This document shows positions 61,770 through 64,000 of a DNA stretch of 64,000 nt, in pieces. A model generated the notes under the pieces. The model did not search any database. It was not told the origin of the DNA and worked only from the letters and a program-made list of their open reading frames with translations. A program made the translations under genes and the position numbers. This stretch comes from Myxococcota bacterium (lineage in GTDB: Bacteria > Myxococcota_A > Polyangia > Nannocystales > Nannocystaceae): NCBI GenBank assembly GCA_039028615.1, contig JBCCHT010000036.1, positions 32,001 to 96,000 of the forward strand. Direction: 5' to 3'. The number at the start of each line of letters is the position of its first letter. Within the stretch, counting starts at the first letter, position 1.

Positions 61770-63488
61770 ATGGCTTCTCCTCCCAAGTCGCCCCCGAAGA
61801 AAATGGTGCCTCCGCCTCCACCCATCGGTGGGGTGCGACGAGCCGCAAAGAAAGCGACGCCGAAGACCTCGACCCCCGAAGCCGCGAAGTCCGAGACCGA
61901 AGGGGACCCGAAGGCCACGCGCGATGCCGCGCCGGAGAAGACCGAAACCTCGTCGGCGAAGCCCTCGAGCCCGCCCGTCGCGGACGAAGCCAACCCGTTC
62001 GAGGACAACGCGACCGCTCGCTGGCCCAATGTCGATGCACCCATCGCGTCGGACGACGGACCGAGCGACACCTCGATCCCGGACATCGAACCGACGGAGT
62101 CCTCCCCGGGCGCGCCCCGGCCTCCCGTACTGACCTCGCGTGTGCGCACGGGCAGCTCGCCCCTACCCGCCCCGCCGCCGTTCACCTCCGAGCCGGACGC
62201 GCCGTCGAACACCAAGCTGGTGACGGGCCTGGACGGGTCCGACGAGACGCCGTCCGGCCGGATCACGGCGCCGACCCGATCGGCCACGCCCGTCGGGGAA
62301 GCCGAGGCCAGCACCAGCGCGAAGGAAGAACAACCCGCGCCCGCGCCCGCGCCACCCAAGCTGCCCATGCCGAGCATGCTGCGAGACGGCAAGGAAGCGC
62401 CGGCCGCGGACTTTCGGGCCAAGCCGCGACCTCGAGCCTCCGCCAAGGCAGCCGCGATGCCGCCTCCGCGCGGCATGGTGCCGCCCAAGCTCGGTGCCGA
62501 ACAAGACGAAGGCGAACGCAAGCTCAACCCCGGCGACACGGCGAGCTTCGTCGCGGCCGTGGCCGTCGAGCTCATGCAGGAGGCGAGCGCCGAAGAGGAG
62601 GCGGTGTCTCCCGCGGCGGCATCGATGGCGGGGGCCAAGGCACGAGCCGAGAGCGAGACCGAAAAGGCGGCCGTCGTGGTCCCGCCCGCGACCGCAGCGG
62701 CGAACGACGACGGGCCCCGCAAGGGCGCGCTGTGGATCGGCGGAGCGATCGCAGCCGTGCTGGTGTTCGGTGGGATCTGGTGGATGACGTCGGGCGACGA
62801 CGAGCCACCGACCGGGACTTCGAACACGGTGGCCGCGGCCGAGCCAGAACCCGAGCCCAAGCCCCCCGTCGCCGAACCCGAACCGGAGCCGATCCCGGCC
62901 GCCGCGGGAAGCACTGGTGGCACGGGAGGTACCGAGGACACGGGGGCTGGGTCCACCGGGACCGGGGACGACGGGTCGGGCACGCAGGGCTCGGACGGCA
63001 GCAGCGACTCCGGCACGGGCGGTTCGGGCACCAACGACACCGGGGGCTCGGACACCGGTTCCGACACCGAAGGCGCGACGGAAACCGGGGATGAAATCAT
63101 CGAAGACGAGCCCGTCGCCGCCGCCAGTTCACGCCCGCGCAGCCGCCGACCGAAACCCAAGCCCCCGGCGGACTCCACCTCCAAGCCCACGCCGCCCAAG
63201 CCCAAGCCCAAGCCCAAGCCGGAGACGAAGCCGCTGTCGCCCTCCGACCTGCTGGCCAAGGCCCGCACCGCGTACAAGTCGGGCAAGGGCGCCGCGGCCT
63301 ACGGCTTCGCGAGCAAGAGCTACCGACAGGGCAAGAGCAACGCCGCGGCCGAACTCATGACCCTGGCCGCGTGCCAGATGAAGAACCCGGCCAAGGCCAA
63401 GGCCGCGCTGCGCAACGTTCCCCTGCTGAGCCGCAATCGCGTGCGCTCGACCTGCAAGTCGAAGCACGGCGTGAAGATCGGGCTCTGA
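61770..63488 (+). CDS. Single-TM hypothetical protein: disordered Pro/Ala N-terminus and a small basic two-Cys helical C-terminal domain
   Basis: TM ALWIGGAIAAVLVFGGIWW, G/T/S/D linker, PKPKP, C-terminal LLAKARTAYKSG..AACQM..STCKSKHG. Confidence 0.75.
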   Translation: MASPPKSPPKKMVPPPPPIGGVRRAAKKATPKTSTPEAAKSETEGDPKATRDAAPEKTETSSAKPSSPPVADEANPFEDNATARWPNVDAPIASDDGPSDTSIPDIEPTESSPGAPRPPVLTSRVRTGSSPLPAPPPFTSEPDAPSNTKLVTGLDGSDETPSGRITAPTRSATPVGEAEASTSAKEEQPAPAPAPPKLPMPSMLRDGKEAPAADFRAKPRPRASAKAAAMPPPRGMVPPKLGAEQDEGERKLNPGDTASFVAAVAVELMQEASAEEEAVSPAAASMAGAKARAESETEKAAVVVPPATAAANDDGPRKGALWIGGAIAAVLVFGGIWWMTSGDDEPPTGTSNTVAAAEPEPEPKPPVAEPEPEPIPAAAGSTGGTGGTEDTGAGSTGTGDDGSGTQGSDGSSDSGTGGSGTNDTGGSDTGSDTEGATETGDEIIEDEPVAAASSRPRSRRPKPKPPADSTSKPTPPKPKPKPKPETKPLSPSDLLAKARTAYKSGKGAAAYGFASKSYRQGKSNAAAELMTLAACQMKNPAKAKAALRNVPLLSRNRVRSTCKSKHGVKIGL

Positions 63489-63515
63489 GGCCCCCTGCCC
63501 TCGTTCGGCGCGGGC

Positions 63516-64000
63516 TCAGCCGCCGCGTCGCGGCCAACGACCCAGGCTCGCGACGAGGAGCCCGAGCGCAATGAAGCCGGCCAGCACCGAGGCGTGCCCG
63601 AACAGCAGGTGCTGCGGCTCGACCAAGGGGCAGTGCAGGAACACGCCCAAGCACCCCACCGAGCCGGCCAACACCACCGCCAGCCCCCGCGGCATGCCAA
63701 AGGGACCACGGCTCCGCGACACGAACCCGAGGATCACCAGGATCGGCAGACCGAGCAGCGTGCCCACCGAGATGCACAGCACGGCTCGCGGGATCAAGGC
63801 GTCACCGACACCGCCCATCGATGCGGGGTGATCGTGGTGCGCGGGCATGAGCATCGGGCCCACCAGCACCGCCCCCACGGCGAGCGCCAACGCCAAGAAC
63901 TCCACCCATCGTGGCCACGCCGAGCGATGCAGTGGACGCATGACGATGGCCAGGATGACCAAGACCGGTAGGGTCAAGACCGACAGGTCGAGGGCCAGTC
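63516..64000 (-). CDS. Multi-TM protein resembling the NrsF/DUF1109 anti-sigma family (5' end outside the window)
   Basis: Several TM segments, VLCISVG, FLHCP..HLLFGH. The frame stays open to the window edge. Confidence 0.6.
   Translation of the reverse strand, partial: LALDLSVLTLPVLVILAIVMRPLHRSAWPRWVEFLALALAVGAVLVGPMLMPAHHDHPASMGGVGDALIPRAVLCISVGTLLGLPILVILGFVSRSRGPFGMPRGLAVVLAGSVGCLGVFLHCPLVEPQHLLFGHASVLAGFIALGLLVASLGRWPRRGG

Overview
GC-rich bacterial chromosomal segment with typical Myxococcota gene content; this taxonomy is inferred from a GltJ/AgmX-like ZnR-GYF protein, an FHA-GAF-sigma54 activator, a myxobacterial-type PilZ protein, a Hanks kinase and tandem FHA proteins. It is mostly core genome: gdhB, lysC, recG, tRNA-Cys, ltaE, purH-purD, hisZ-purA, mepA, dnaK, lon, parA-parB, folD, an RpoD-family sigma factor, engB-rimI-pyrK-pyrD-glnB-glnA-psd and coaE, with conserved hypothetical envelope and signalling genes between them. 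I see no transposase, integrase, prophage or CRISPR array. The best leads are: (1) a ~890-bp non-coding region upstream of a MerR-like / Cys-rich sigma-region-4 regulator pair, holding serial RNA-like hairpins and a 20-bp-period repeat array; (2) a Bfd-like [2Fe-2S] protein with a C-terminal QLGLF beta-clamp-type motif; (3) a sigma-70 paralogue with His at the Q437-equivalent position, alongside two TTGACA-N18-CAGGnT promoters at phospho-signalling genes; (4) a shared ENS(V/A)L(F/M)xL motif in two neighbouring membrane-anchored proteins; (5) several apparently leaderless genes; (6) a ~225-bp MITE/REP-like inverted-repeat element at the window start. All calls come from reading motifs by eye; no searches or folding programs were run.
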